Shown piece by piece: positions 14,927-23,977 of a DNA stretch of 30,130 nt. Each line of letters starts with the position of its first letter. Positions within the stretch are counted from its first letter, which is position 1. The stretch comes from a virus. The DNA lies in IMG/VR virus record IMGVR_UViG_3300027886_000012; one strand, 5' to 3'. The notes below the pieces were generated by a model that saw only the letters and a list, made by a program, of their open reading frames with translations, did not search any database and was not told the origin of the DNA. A program made the translations under genes and the position numbers.

Positions 14927-15146
14927 TAATTTACAATGTTTGTTGAAATATTTAAGGTGAAAGTAAGAATTTGATAGAACTTTTTACTAGTAGATTTATC
15001 GATGACCCTAACCGTAGATGAGTTTGCTTGTTCTGGGAATTTTAGCCTTTAAAAACCCTGATTTACAGAGCTTTAAAAAATAAAATCAATTATTCAAAAT
15101 TGAGGGGTCGGTTTATAAAATCGCACAAAGTCGGTTCAATTATACC

Positions 15147-17738
15147 TTGGAACTATATACTAGAGATATGTTAATTAATATTGATATAGAAGATAGTTCC
15201 ATGGTTAGAGAAGACGCTGGAACTACCGAAGGCAGAGAAGTTATCCAGACTGAAGAGCAACGACTTGATGCAGAATTCTTTCTTAAACAACTTGTCAAAG
15301 AGCCAAATATTCCTATTGAAACGTTAGCAAGTGAGATAGACCCACCTATACCCGTAAAGACGGCTGAAGGTATACTTGAGGACTGTGCAAAATTACTGGT
15401 AGGAACTGTTAAAGACGCTGATTATCCTGAACGTGTTAGAAGTTTTTATAATAATGGCGCTAATCCTGAAGACCAGCTTACGCCACAGGATATGATGACT
15501 TTGCTTGATGTCGTGGCCAACAAGTATCATTCGAAATTAATGACAAAGAAACATGCTGATAGAGTAGGCGCCAAAATGAGAAAAATGGGATTACCTACAA
15601 CTAGAGAACCCTCAGAAGAAGCTATGCAAGAAGTGCCCCCTAACTCTGGTGTAATACCCCCTGCTCCTACTCCAGTGACAGCTTCAGGACAGCCTTTTCC
15701 ACCTCAAACTACAGCATCAGGACAGCCATCTAATACTGTATGGGTAGCCACAGATAATCGAGCGTCGGTTCCCTATACTCCGCCACAACCACAACAATCA
15801 GGACCTCAAGCACAGCAAATATACGAAAATGAAGACTCTTTGATGAAATTCCTACTTGAAGTAAATCATGCCATAAATCCACAGCAATTATCAAAGATAC
15901 CCTACTTTATGATGATGTTCAGAACTACTAAATGGCAGTGGATGAAAAACCCATCGAAATTACTTATGTTTCTAAAGAGTACTTTCGGTCCTGTGCCTGG
16001 CGAAACAATATACGTTCAGTTTATGGATATGAAGTCTCAGGTATCATCCGACCCTCAGAATCTATATAGGTTAACTGGAGCGTCTGAATATACCCCGTTA
16101 AATCCAGTAGAAAACCTCATGCCCAATATGGGTGGAATGAACCCAATGCAGGGTATGATGAACATGATGAATGAGTCACAAGAAGGTTACGATGGATATG
16201 AAAGTGCTCGCGAAAGACGGATGGACAGACTCATGGAACGCATGCTCAAAGCCAAATATATGACTATAATGGAGCAAATGGGTACAAACCAGAACGCCAA
16301 TGGTAACAATCAAAATCAGTTCTTTAATCCCTATGAATATGATGTCTTTGAAGACTACGATAAAGACGGCCGAGTAATCGCCAAGCGATATGTAAGAAAG
16401 CTCAATCCCTACGGTCAACCAATGACGAACGGTGAAAACAATGGAGGTGGTATGACTCAGACAATGCTCGAACTATTCAAACTAATGCACGGCCAGAGTC
16501 AAGCACAAAACAACCTCTTACTGGAGAAGGTGTTAACCAATAGCAGTGGAAGTAATAACGGTATCAATGACCTGTTACAGACGGTTCTAAAGCAGACCAT
16601 GGGAGCTATTACCCAGCAAACCGACCCGTTAGCACAGTTCAATAGAACACTTGACTTGGGTGAGCGTATATACCAGATAAGAAACCAGAATCAGCGTCCA
16701 CAGTCAATAGAAGAAAAGAAGCTCGAGCTTGACTTCTTATTGGCCAAAAAGGAGTTAGAATCAGCCGAAGGTAAGGAGCAAAGAGAATGGACACGACAGC
16801 AACAAGAGTCAGAGAATGCTAATAGAAATGTTGACACCGTAATAAAAGAAGTAGGTGGCGCTGTTAAAGAAATAGCTGGACCAATACTTAACACAGTTGC
16901 GGCCGCCTATGGTAGAGGGTTAGCTGGAACGGGTGGTGCACCTCAGATGGACCCAAGAATGCAGAGACCGCCGCAACCTCAACAGGTAATCATACAGCAA
17001 CAACCACAGCCACAAGGTCAACCATCAACAATATCAGAGATGATGGCCGAAGAAGATAGAAGGGCAGAAGCAAGCAGACGTGCAGAAGAAGAATACAGGG
17101 CAAGACAGAATATGCCACAAGGTCAACCACAGCAAGAATACATAGACAACCGACCCGTTGAAGAACAATTGAAAGATTATGATGATGACCAGTTAGATGA
17201 AATGGCTTACCGTGGTGAAGTCACATTACAAGAACATGAACGTATATTTAATCAGGTAATGAAAGAGCGTGCAAGAAGAAAAGGTATGGGAGTTCCAGTG
17301 CCACAGAGAAAATACATAAGTCCTGTGGTTAATGAAATAGCCCAGCACGAACAACAAAGGTATGCACAGCAACCGACCCCAGAGTCAATCGAGTCAAAAT
17401 ATGATGTATTTGCCCCAGAAGAGCAAGATGTTAACATGAGTGAACCAAAGCCATCAGCACTCGACACATCAATACCAGATGATGAACGTATCTCAATGAG
17501 CACACAGGAACGAGAAGCAATGCAGTTATCTGGTGAAATTGAAACACGTAGAGAGGGTTCAAGCTTCGGTACACCAGCAACCGAGAATATAGCACCAGAA
17601 GCCAGAGACGATGTGGAAGAACAACTAGAGGAAGTACATGAAGAATCTCAACCTGAGCCAGAAAAAGCCGTGGTTGAAGTAATCGAAGACGAAGCTATCG
17701 AAGAACCAGTATACGAAGAAGTAGTCGACGAATCATAG
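15147..17738 (+). CDS. Large low-complexity protein (P/Q/N/M-rich, coiled coil, acidic tail); real start may be ATG 15200
   Basis: 863-codon ORF; TASGQP and PQGQP repeats; E/D-rich C-terminus. Confidence 0.85.
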   Translation: MELYTRDMLINIDIEDSSMVREDAGTTEGREVIQTEEQRLDAEFFLKQLVKEPNIPIETLASEIDPPIPVKTAEGILEDCAKLLVGTVKDADYPERVRSFYNNGANPEDQLTPQDMMTLLDVVANKYHSKLMTKKHADRVGAKMRKMGLPTTREPSEEAMQEVPPNSGVIPPAPTPVTASGQPFPPQTTASGQPSNTVWVATDNRASVPYTPPQPQQSGPQAQQIYENEDSLMKFLLEVNHAINPQQLSKIPYFMMMFRTTKWQWMKNPSKLLMFLKSTFGPVPGETIYVQFMDMKSQVSSDPQNLYRLTGASEYTPLNPVENLMPNMGGMNPMQGMMNMMNESQEGYDGYESARERRMDRLMERMLKAKYMTIMEQMGTNQNANGNNQNQFFNPYEYDVFEDYDKDGRVIAKRYVRKLNPYGQPMTNGENNGGGMTQTMLELFKLMHGQSQAQNNLLLEKVLTNSSGSNNGINDLLQTVLKQTMGAITQQTDPLAQFNRTLDLGERIYQIRNQNQRPQSIEEKKLELDFLLAKKELESAEGKEQREWTRQQQESENANRNVDTVIKEVGGAVKEIAGPILNTVAAAYGRGLAGTGGAPQMDPRMQRPPQPQQVIIQQQPQPQGQPSTISEMMAEEDRRAEASRRAEEEYRARQNMPQGQPQQEYIDNRPVEEQLKDYDDDQLDEMAYRGEVTLQEHERIFNQVMKERARRKGMGVPVPQRKYISPVVNEIAQHEQQRYAQQPTPESIESKYDVFAPEEQDVNMSEPKPSALDTSIPDDERISMSTQEREAMQLSGEIETRREGSSFGTPATENIAPEARDDVEEQLEEVHEESQPEPEKAVVEVIEDEAIEEPVYEEVVDES

Positions 17739-18125
17739 TAAGTGCGGTCGTTCTATCTCTCCGTTCATATAGCACCTGAATATCAAGTCACTTGACTTTG
17801 ATATGTTTATTACCTTATGAAAGTCACCTTTATCGACAAAAACAAAGTCACCAGCTTTCACAAATAAAGAGAGCTTTCTTACAATCATGATTCCCTGACC
17901 TTCGACAAACTCGTATACTTCTGTCTCATTTCCGTGCATATGCCCTGAAGTCTGCATTGCTGGATGTAAAACTGTGACACTGACGGTAAATACGATACGA
18001 CCCTTTGTATTTTGTATATTCAAGTCAGTTATCTGATAGGTCTTGTCATTTCTCTTTAGTTTAGCTTCATCAAATGTGAATACCCTAGGGTCTGGGTTAA
18101 TCTTCTTTTGAACGGGCACGGACAT
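17733..18125 (-). CDS. Cupin-domain protein (possible sugar isomerase)
   Basis: GHMHGNETEVYEFVEGQG and GDFVFVDKGDFHKVIN cupin motifs. Confidence 0.85.
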   Translation of the reverse strand: MSVPVQKKINPDPRVFTFDEAKLKRNDKTYQITDLNIQNTKGRIVFTVSVTVLHPAMQTSGHMHGNETEVYEFVEGQGIMIVRKLSLFVKAGDFVFVDKGDFHKVINISKSSDLIFRCYMNGEIERPHLL

Positions 18126-18204
18126 ATAGTTACAGTAAAGTTTTCTATAAAAAAAGGTAATGTTAATGATATGTTTTTTAATTCTATCTTAATCTCATAG
18201 AACT

Positions 18205-19368
18205 ATGTCCGATAACACTGGGAAGACAGTATTACTTGTAGGTGCAGGGTTCCTTGGCAAGTTCTTTTTATCCGAATGGCTCGGTAATCCCTATAACAAG
18301 CTAATAGTGATGGATAAGCAAAGAAAGGGAGACTTCTTTGGCCATCCTCTTTTACAAAACTATGAGAAAGACGATAGGATAACATATGTCTGGGGTTCAT
18401 CAGGTGACCCGCAACAGTTAGAGAAATTCTTTAAAGAAGACAAGATAGACCATATTGTCTATACTGCGGCCATTGCTGACGTGCCATATGCAAGAACAAA
18501 CCCTAGAGATACACAGATAACAAATATTGACAATCTGGGTATATTTCTCAACTACATCGGCGACCAGCATTTTACAGGTAAAATTGTGCTAATGAGCTCT
18601 GAATCAGTATATGCCAAAAAGCCAGAAGGCACACCAGAAGAAGATATCCCGTTTAAAGAAACCGACTCGACTGAAGGACATTCTATATACGGTAAGAGCA
18701 AGCTTGGACAGGAAGAACAGGTGCATTTGGCCGAAAAGAAGTACGAGTTCCTTAATGCCACAATCATAAGAAGTGCTACCATGTATGGCATGTTTGCCCG
18801 TGCCGAACAGGTTATTCCTACTTTCATAAGACAGGTACTGACAAAAGAGCAGATAACGTTATTCGGCGATGGTAAGCAAACATCACGAGACTTTATTCAT
18901 GTAACAGATACGGTTAACGGTATTATAGCGATTCTAAACGCTAATGACTCTGTAACAAGTGGACAGACATTTAATATAGCCTCTGGACGCGAAACATTCC
19001 TTCTAAATCTGGCCAATGCGATTAAAACACTTGTAGGACAGCCCACAGAAGCATTTGACGCAAAGAAAGGAATTCCAGCAAGTGGATTTGTGCCGATAAA
19101 GTTCTTAGACTTTCTGCCTGGCGAAAAAGGCGCGCGTATGGTTCTGAATATTGAAAAAGCCAAAAAGAATCTAAAGATGATAGACCATGGTAAGGAAGTT
19201 GCGTGGGAACCGCAGGTAGACCTGATAAACGGCCTGCGAAGTACAATATTCTGGACTTGTAGTGTAATAGGCTATGATGAACAACAGATGGAAGAAGTAG
19301 AGCGCGTAATATACCCTGAGCACTTTAAAGGACGTTCAGAAACAAATCCGCTTGGCAATAGAGCGTAG
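18205..19368 (+). CDS. NAD-dependent nucleotide-sugar epimerase/dehydratase (extended SDR)
   Basis: VLLVGAGFLG, YTAAIADV, SSESVY, YGKSK, TMYG, RDFIHVTD, FNIASG. Confidence 0.9.
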   Translation: MSDNTGKTVLLVGAGFLGKFFLSEWLGNPYNKLIVMDKQRKGDFFGHPLLQNYEKDDRITYVWGSSGDPQQLEKFFKEDKIDHIVYTAAIADVPYARTNPRDTQITNIDNLGIFLNYIGDQHFTGKIVLMSSESVYAKKPEGTPEEDIPFKETDSTEGHSIYGKSKLGQEEQVHLAEKKYEFLNATIIRSATMYGMFARAEQVIPTFIRQVLTKEQITLFGDGKQTSRDFIHVTDTVNGIIAILNANDSVTSGQTFNIASGRETFLLNLANAIKTLVGQPTEAFDAKKGIPASGFVPIKFLDFLPGEKGARMVLNIEKAKKNLKMIDHGKEVAWEPQVDLINGLRSTIFWTCSVIGYDEQQMEEVERVIYPEHFKGRSETNPLGNRA

Positions 19369-19377
19369 GTAACGTCT

Positions 19378-20208
19378 ATGGCGTGGGAATTCCGTGGCTA
19401 CAGAAATCCAGATGAAACTGATATTGTTATCTGTATTCCACATACTGGGAATGTAAGATTTGACTGGGCTTTATCGTACAAACATTTGGATATGCCACCA
19501 AATCATCATTTTATCTCCAGTGGAAATCAAGGTCAGCCAATACATATAGCAAGGAATATCTTTGTGACGCAAGCCTTACAGAGAAAAGCAAAGTACATTT
19601 TCTTCTTGGACTCTGACGTGGAAATGCCACATGATGGACTCGTAAGGTTACAGCAATCAAAAAAACCTATCATAGCTGGTATCTATTCTACAAGAAGTCC
19701 GCCGTACGGACTATCGGCCAATATTAACAGAAGACCATTAATGCCAGATATCCTAGAGAAATATCCAGACAGAAATATTGATGTTCATGAGATAGGTATG
19801 GGATGCGCTCTTATCGATATGAGAGTTATAGAGCGAATAGCACGGGATTTAAAACTACAGTGGTATTGTATGAAGCCACATGGTAAGGAATTAGGATTAA
19901 AGACAGAGAACCAAACAACGCCAAAGGAAATAATGGTATATACCAACGACGAAGCAGTAAATCAACAATGGCACTGTAAAATCTGCAATTCATCGATTAT
20001 AGCCGACTTTTTCAAATATACTGTAGGCACTGGCCTATCGGCAATAGAAGGCGCATATTCTGAGGACTATTATTTTTGCCATCTTGCCAAAAAGGTTGGC
20101 TTTCCTATTTTCATTCACACAGGTGTATTCTGTACTCACGAGTTATCGAACATGAAGATTACCAGAGAAGGACTGGTTAATCCAGTAGCGAGTGCGATGG
20201 AGATATGA
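19378..20208 (+). CDS. GT-A fold glycosyltransferase (family 2-like)
   Basis: VICIP, IARN, FFLDSD (DxD), GMGCALI, SEDYYFC. Confidence 0.8.
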   Translation: MAWEFRGYRNPDETDIVICIPHTGNVRFDWALSYKHLDMPPNHHFISSGNQGQPIHIARNIFVTQALQRKAKYIFFLDSDVEMPHDGLVRLQQSKKPIIAGIYSTRSPPYGLSANINRRPLMPDILEKYPDRNIDVHEIGMGCALIDMRVIERIARDLKLQWYCMKPHGKELGLKTENQTTPKEIMVYTNDEAVNQQWHCKICNSSIIADFFKYTVGTGLSAIEGAYSEDYYFCHLAKKVGFPIFIHTGVFCTHELSNMKITREGLVNPVASAMEI

Positions 20209-20399
20209 GTTTTTCAATAGATGAACCAGAAAAGAAACTACTAACAGAGTTAGAACACTGGCTAGACAAAAGGCGGTACAAGTACGTGGAGCGCTGGAAT
20301 TTCAATCAGGATGACTTGGTAAACGAAGCAAAACTAGCTGAGGATGTTGCAATTCTAAGTAAAATTGACAAGTTGAGAAGGGAGTTTAGGATAAAATGA
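20205..20399 (+). CDS. Hypothetical protein, 64 aa
   Basis: ATGA overlaps at both ends within the glycosylation operon. Confidence 0.65.
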   Translation: MSFSIDEPEKKLLTELEHWLDKRRYKYVERWNFNQDDLVNEAKLAEDVAILSKIDKLRREFRIK

Positions 20400-21553
20400 A
20401 AATCTGTATTATATCAAGTTCTGCAATTCCAGCATTTCCAGACCCGAACTTATATAGCGGACTTGAAGTGGTCGTTTCTAATCTGGCGGCCGAACTTGCT
20501 AAAAGAAAACATCAGGTATATCTTATTTCATCGAAAGGAACAACGATGCCTGGCACTTGGGAATATGAAGACGAAGCTACAAAAGAAAAACTCGGAACAC
20601 TCGAAGTAAGAGAAACAGTTGACTCAACATGGGATGGCATGGGAGAGATAAATCATTTCATTGCATACAAAGACTGGGTTATAGAAAACTTCGGCGATGG
20701 TGACGGAATAGTATTAGATTCTACATGGCAGATGTTTGGTTACTTGCTGGTCAGTGGATATGATGATAAAATACTTAGTGGAAAACTAACGGTTAAACCA
20801 AATCCGAAAATGAAGATATTACACTTACATCATGGCGTACCTAACGCGACTTCAAAGCCACCAGTAAAATGGCCACGCATGTTAGGACTGTCAAAAACAC
20901 ATGCTTTGTGGCTATCATCAATAATGAGAACTCCAGCACGCTATCAATGGAACGGAATTCCATTACCCGATATAAAACCAGAAGAGATAGTGGATGATGG
21001 ATATTTCCTATCACTAAACAGAATCACAGAAGAAAAGGGTATACATGACTCAATTGATGTGGCCGTCCAAAACAACATGCCGATAATAGTAGCAGGTGAC
21101 GATATTCATGTCAGCAGTCAGGATTATGTTTCACAGATATTAGAGCAATGTCGTAATTCTGGCGGACTTGCAAAATACGTCGGTTCAATTGACAATCATA
21201 CAAAGGCTGATTTACTAAGACGCTGTCATGCGGTTATATCATGTCCTGTTAATCAGGGGCCAAGAGCATGGATAGAAGGATTTGGACTCAATGTAGTTGA
21301 AGGATTATCATACTACAAGCCGTTTATCGGCACTGCTAACGGTGGACATCTGGACATTATAGAACATGGTAAACAGGGGTTCTTGGGTATGACACCTGCC
21401 GAAGTAGCCACATTTGTGCCGAAAATCGGCGAAATAGACCCAAATGAATGCAGAAAACGGGTAGAGGCTGAGTTCACGATAGAGCGTATGGGTGAACGGT
21501 ATGAAACAATGTTTCAAAAAATTGCAAATGACGACTTAGATTCACGCTGGTAG
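20396..21553 (+). CDS. GT-B glycosyltransferase (family 4)
   Basis: YSGLEVVVSNLAAELAKRKHQV; LNRITEEKG; EGFGLNVVE; GGHLDIIEHG. Confidence 0.9.
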   Translation: MKICIISSSAIPAFPDPNLYSGLEVVVSNLAAELAKRKHQVYLISSKGTTMPGTWEYEDEATKEKLGTLEVRETVDSTWDGMGEINHFIAYKDWVIENFGDGDGIVLDSTWQMFGYLLVSGYDDKILSGKLTVKPNPKMKILHLHHGVPNATSKPPVKWPRMLGLSKTHALWLSSIMRTPARYQWNGIPLPDIKPEEIVDDGYFLSLNRITEEKGIHDSIDVAVQNNMPIIVAGDDIHVSSQDYVSQILEQCRNSGGLAKYVGSIDNHTKADLLRRCHAVISCPVNQGPRAWIEGFGLNVVEGLSYYKPFIGTANGGHLDIIEHGKQGFLGMTPAEVATFVPKIGEIDPNECRKRVEAEFTIERMGERYETMFQKIANDDLDSRW

Positions 21554-21593
21554 ACGCAAAGTAAATAAGCGATGTTATGCATTTCATGCTTAA

Positions 21594-21923
21594 ATGGCAA
21601 AGAAAAAAAGTACCAAAAGTAAGAGCAAAACAGAAAAAGCAGAGTCAAAAGAACAAGAGAGATATGAAACATCCACAGAAAAAGGAGACCAAACACATGC
21701 CGAACAGGAAAGAGCAGAAGCCAGAGTACATGATAAAAGTGAACCAGAAGATGTTAAGGAAGTCGTATTAGATGCAATAAATGATACATCAGTTCCATTT
21801 TCCGACCTTGGTCATTCAGTATCGCAGTTGTTCACAATGACCTATGACGAAAGGCTAGCAATATTAGGTCCAGAAAGAAACAAGACGTTTGAAAAGAAGT
21901 ACATGAGCCAAAAAGTCAGCTAA
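21594..21923 (+). CDS. Hypothetical charged protein with basic N-terminus
   Basis: MAKKKSTKSKSK...; ATG ORF. Confidence 0.6.
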   Translation: MAKKKSTKSKSKTEKAESKEQERYETSTEKGDQTHAEQERAEARVHDKSEPEDVKEVVLDAINDTSVPFSDLGHSVSQLFTMTYDERLAILGPERNKTFEKKYMSQKVS

Positions 21924-22416
21924 GAAAATCCACAATACACTTTTTCACCATAGCTCGGACGTACTTGTAGACTTCGCTAGGTGAATCCTTTCTTTTTATT
22001 ATTTCTTCTTTATTAATTCTGATTAAGACGGCGTCGGGTTTTGTGAATCTTAACCACTTCTCAAATTCTTGGTCATTGCCTTTTTGTTTCTTGTAAACAT
22101 ACTTAGAGGAATTCAACGGTGGATGTTTTGAACCGTCTACATCAACATATTCATGACGTGTATCTTCCCCATCAAACTCGATGAATATTTCTTCTGTAAG
22201 TCCAGTGCTATGTCGTTTTCTACACCATAAATCGCATTCATGATAGTATTCTTCACCGATGTCTGAGTTTAGCATCTTGGCTGGTTGCCTACCGTAATTC
22301 CATTTTATCCGCAAGTAATATCCAGCTTCGACTTCATATCCTTCTTCAATCATTACATCTGTCGTGATAATACGTGCATTAAGATGACTAACGGACTCTA
22401 TCTCTTCCGATAACAT
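21916..22416 (-). CDS. Vsr/DUF559-like PD-(D/E)XK endonuclease
   Basis: ECDLWC...IFIEFDGEDTRH...ND....WL...VLIRI...EI pattern. Confidence 0.55.
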   Translation of the reverse strand: MLSEEIESVSHLNARIITTDVMIEEGYEVEAGYYLRIKWNYGRQPAKMLNSDIGEEYYHECDLWCRKRHSTGLTEEIFIEFDGEDTRHEYVDVDGSKHPPLNSSKYVYKKQKGNDQEFEKWLRFTKPDAVLIRINKEEIIKRKDSPSEVYKYVRAMVKKCIVDFLS

Positions 22417-22453
22417 ACCCTAGAACATTCTTCCTAAGAATTTATAACTATCG

Positions 22454-22930
22454 GTGTCAATTCAAAATTTGACATATATGTCACAACAAACATCATATTG
22501 GAGACAATCCAAAAAAGACCCAAACAAATGGTTTGCCAGTCCAAAGGACTTTTTAGCGGACTCAACCATTCCACAAAACATCAGGAACTCATATCAAGAA
22601 TTCATCAACAATACCAACCCTGCAAACCTAAAGAAGAATCCAAAATCAGGGTGGTATACAACAGGATGGACAGAAGAAGACAAAGGAATCAATTCAATGT
22701 ATACGTGCACATACGACGAGAAGTTTTACTGGGGAATAATGAAAGACCCACTGAAGAAACAATCACAACCAAAGGTAGATGAAGGACAAACAGTGATACC
22801 AGCCTCAGCCGATTACACAGAAGTTGTAAACGAGCTTAGAGAAATTAAGGGCTTGCTTGAAGCACTTGTGCAAATACAGGGTGGACCGATGCCCATAAAC
22901 ACACCGCAAGTAGAAGACCGTGTATACTAA
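22454..22930 (+). CDS. Hypothetical protein, aromatic-rich N-terminal domain plus short coiled coil
   Basis: GTG ORF, 158 aa; no motif recognised. Confidence 0.7.
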   Translation: MSIQNLTYMSQQTSYWRQSKKDPNKWFASPKDFLADSTIPQNIRNSYQEFINNTNPANLKKNPKSGWYTTGWTEEDKGINSMYTCTYDEKFYWGIMKDPLKKQSQPKVDEGQTVIPASADYTEVVNELREIKGLLEALVQIQGGPMPINTPQVEDRVY

Positions 22931-22972
22931 ATTCTGGAATTCTAAGAATCTAAGAATCTGGGAATTACAGAA

Positions 22973-23977
22973 TCACTTTATTTTTTTTCCGATAAATTCT
23001 ATAATTCCAGGAATTACAGAATTACCAAGCATTTTGTATCTTTGAGTGTCACTAATATCTCCAACCTTAGTCCAGTTATCTGGAAAACCCATAAGTCTTT
23101 CACATTCTAATGGTGTGAGTTTTCTAATCTTTTCATGCTCAATTATCTTTGGCTGTGCGCGTCCGCCCGCGGGTGTGACTAGAGAAGGTGATAATCCGTT
23201 CTTATCGTAGACTCTATCACGTGAAGAACCACAATCAACAATCGCCATTAGGTCACCACTTGTATCAAGTGACCAAGTGCTATCTCTATCCTGAATTCTT
23301 TTTTTAATATTTGCTTTTGAATGTGACATTAGAATCATTGTTCTGGAACCGCCACCTTTCCAGTAGTTGTAATCGATTGTTCGAGTATATGGACTCCGAA
23401 TCCGTGACCCATCTGTTTGTGTTTGTGATAATGTGCTATCATCGACTTGATAGCCGTCGGTGATAGGAAATACTGGCGCGGTGGGTTTTTCTCTAAGATG
23501 TCCAATAATGAAGACTCTCTCACGGCTCTGCGGAACAAAATATTTCCCGTTGATAACTTGCCATTCGACATCGTACCCCAAGTCATAAAGCGTATTGAGG
23601 ATTGTTCCGAATGTTTTTCCGTTATCGTGTCCAAGTAATCCTTTAACGTTTTCAAGGAATAGGATGCTAGGTCGTTTTTCTCGCGCAATCCTAGCAATCT
23701 CAAAAAATAACGTTCCTCTCGTGTCATTGAAGCCCAGTCTTTGTCCAGCAACAGAGAAAGATTGACAGGGGAATCCAGCGGTGAGGATGTCGAATTCTGG
23801 CAAACTTGTGGCATCCAGTTTTCTAACGTCGTTTGGTCTGTTACTCTCTCTGAAGTTGTGATTGTAAACACCTACGCAATATCTATCTATTTCACAACTA
23901 GAAATACATTTGTGTCCGCATCTTTCTAACCCTAATCTAAAACCACCAATACCAGCAAAAAGGTCAAAGAACTTCAT
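22973..23977 (-). CDS. dcm: C5-cytosine DNA methyltransferase (orphan)
   Basis: Motif I FDLFAGIGGF, IV GFPCQSFS, VI ENVKG, VIII QSRERVFIIG, IX LTPLECERLMGFP, X KMLGNSV. Confidence 0.95.
   Translation of the reverse strand: MKFFDLFAGIGGFRLGLERCGHKCISSCEIDRYCVGVYNHNFRESNRPNDVRKLDATSLPEFDILTAGFPCQSFSVAGQRLGFNDTRGTLFFEIARIAREKRPSILFLENVKGLLGHDNGKTFGTILNTLYDLGYDVEWQVINGKYFVPQSRERVFIIGHLREKPTAPVFPITDGYQVDDSTLSQTQTDGSRIRSPYTRTIDYNYWKGGGSRTMILMSHSKANIKKRIQDRDSTWSLDTSGDLMAIVDCGSSRDRVYDKNGLSPSLVTPAGGRAQPKIIEHEKIRKLTPLECERLMGFPDNWTKVGDISDTQRYKMLGNSVIPGIIEFIGKKIK
23335..23871 (-). CDS. Overprinted +1-frame ORF inside the MTase gene; resembles the beta polypeptide of two-frame C5-MTases (M.EcoHK31I type)
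   Basis: 178 stop-free codons; SLKT...WGTMSNGKLST...SSLLDILEKNPPRQYFLSPTAIKSMI; GTG start directly after TAG. Confidence 0.65.
   Translation of the reverse strand: MFTITTSERVTDQTTLENWMPQVCQNSTSSPLDSPVNLSLLLDKDWASMTREERYFLRLLGLREKNDLASYSLKTLKDYLDTITEKHSEQSSIRFMTWGTMSNGKLSTGNILFRRAVRESSLLDILEKNPPRQYFLSPTAIKSMIAHYHKHKQMGHGFGVHILEQSITTTGKVAVPEQ

Noticed and set aside
16176-17503. Minus-strand ORFs inside the 863-aa gene
   Set aside because: Antisense shadows of low-complexity coding sequence.
21577-21771. Basic 64-aa ORF overlapping 21594..21923, and 22498..22782 overlapping 22454..22930
   Set aside because: Alternative frames of A-rich genes; unlike the MTase overprint, they carry no recognisable motif.
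22961-23022. 13-bp direct repeat GGAATTACAGAAT plus short CTAAGAAT tandem
   Set aside because: Single short duplication in low-complexity AT-rich DNA; no functional context.
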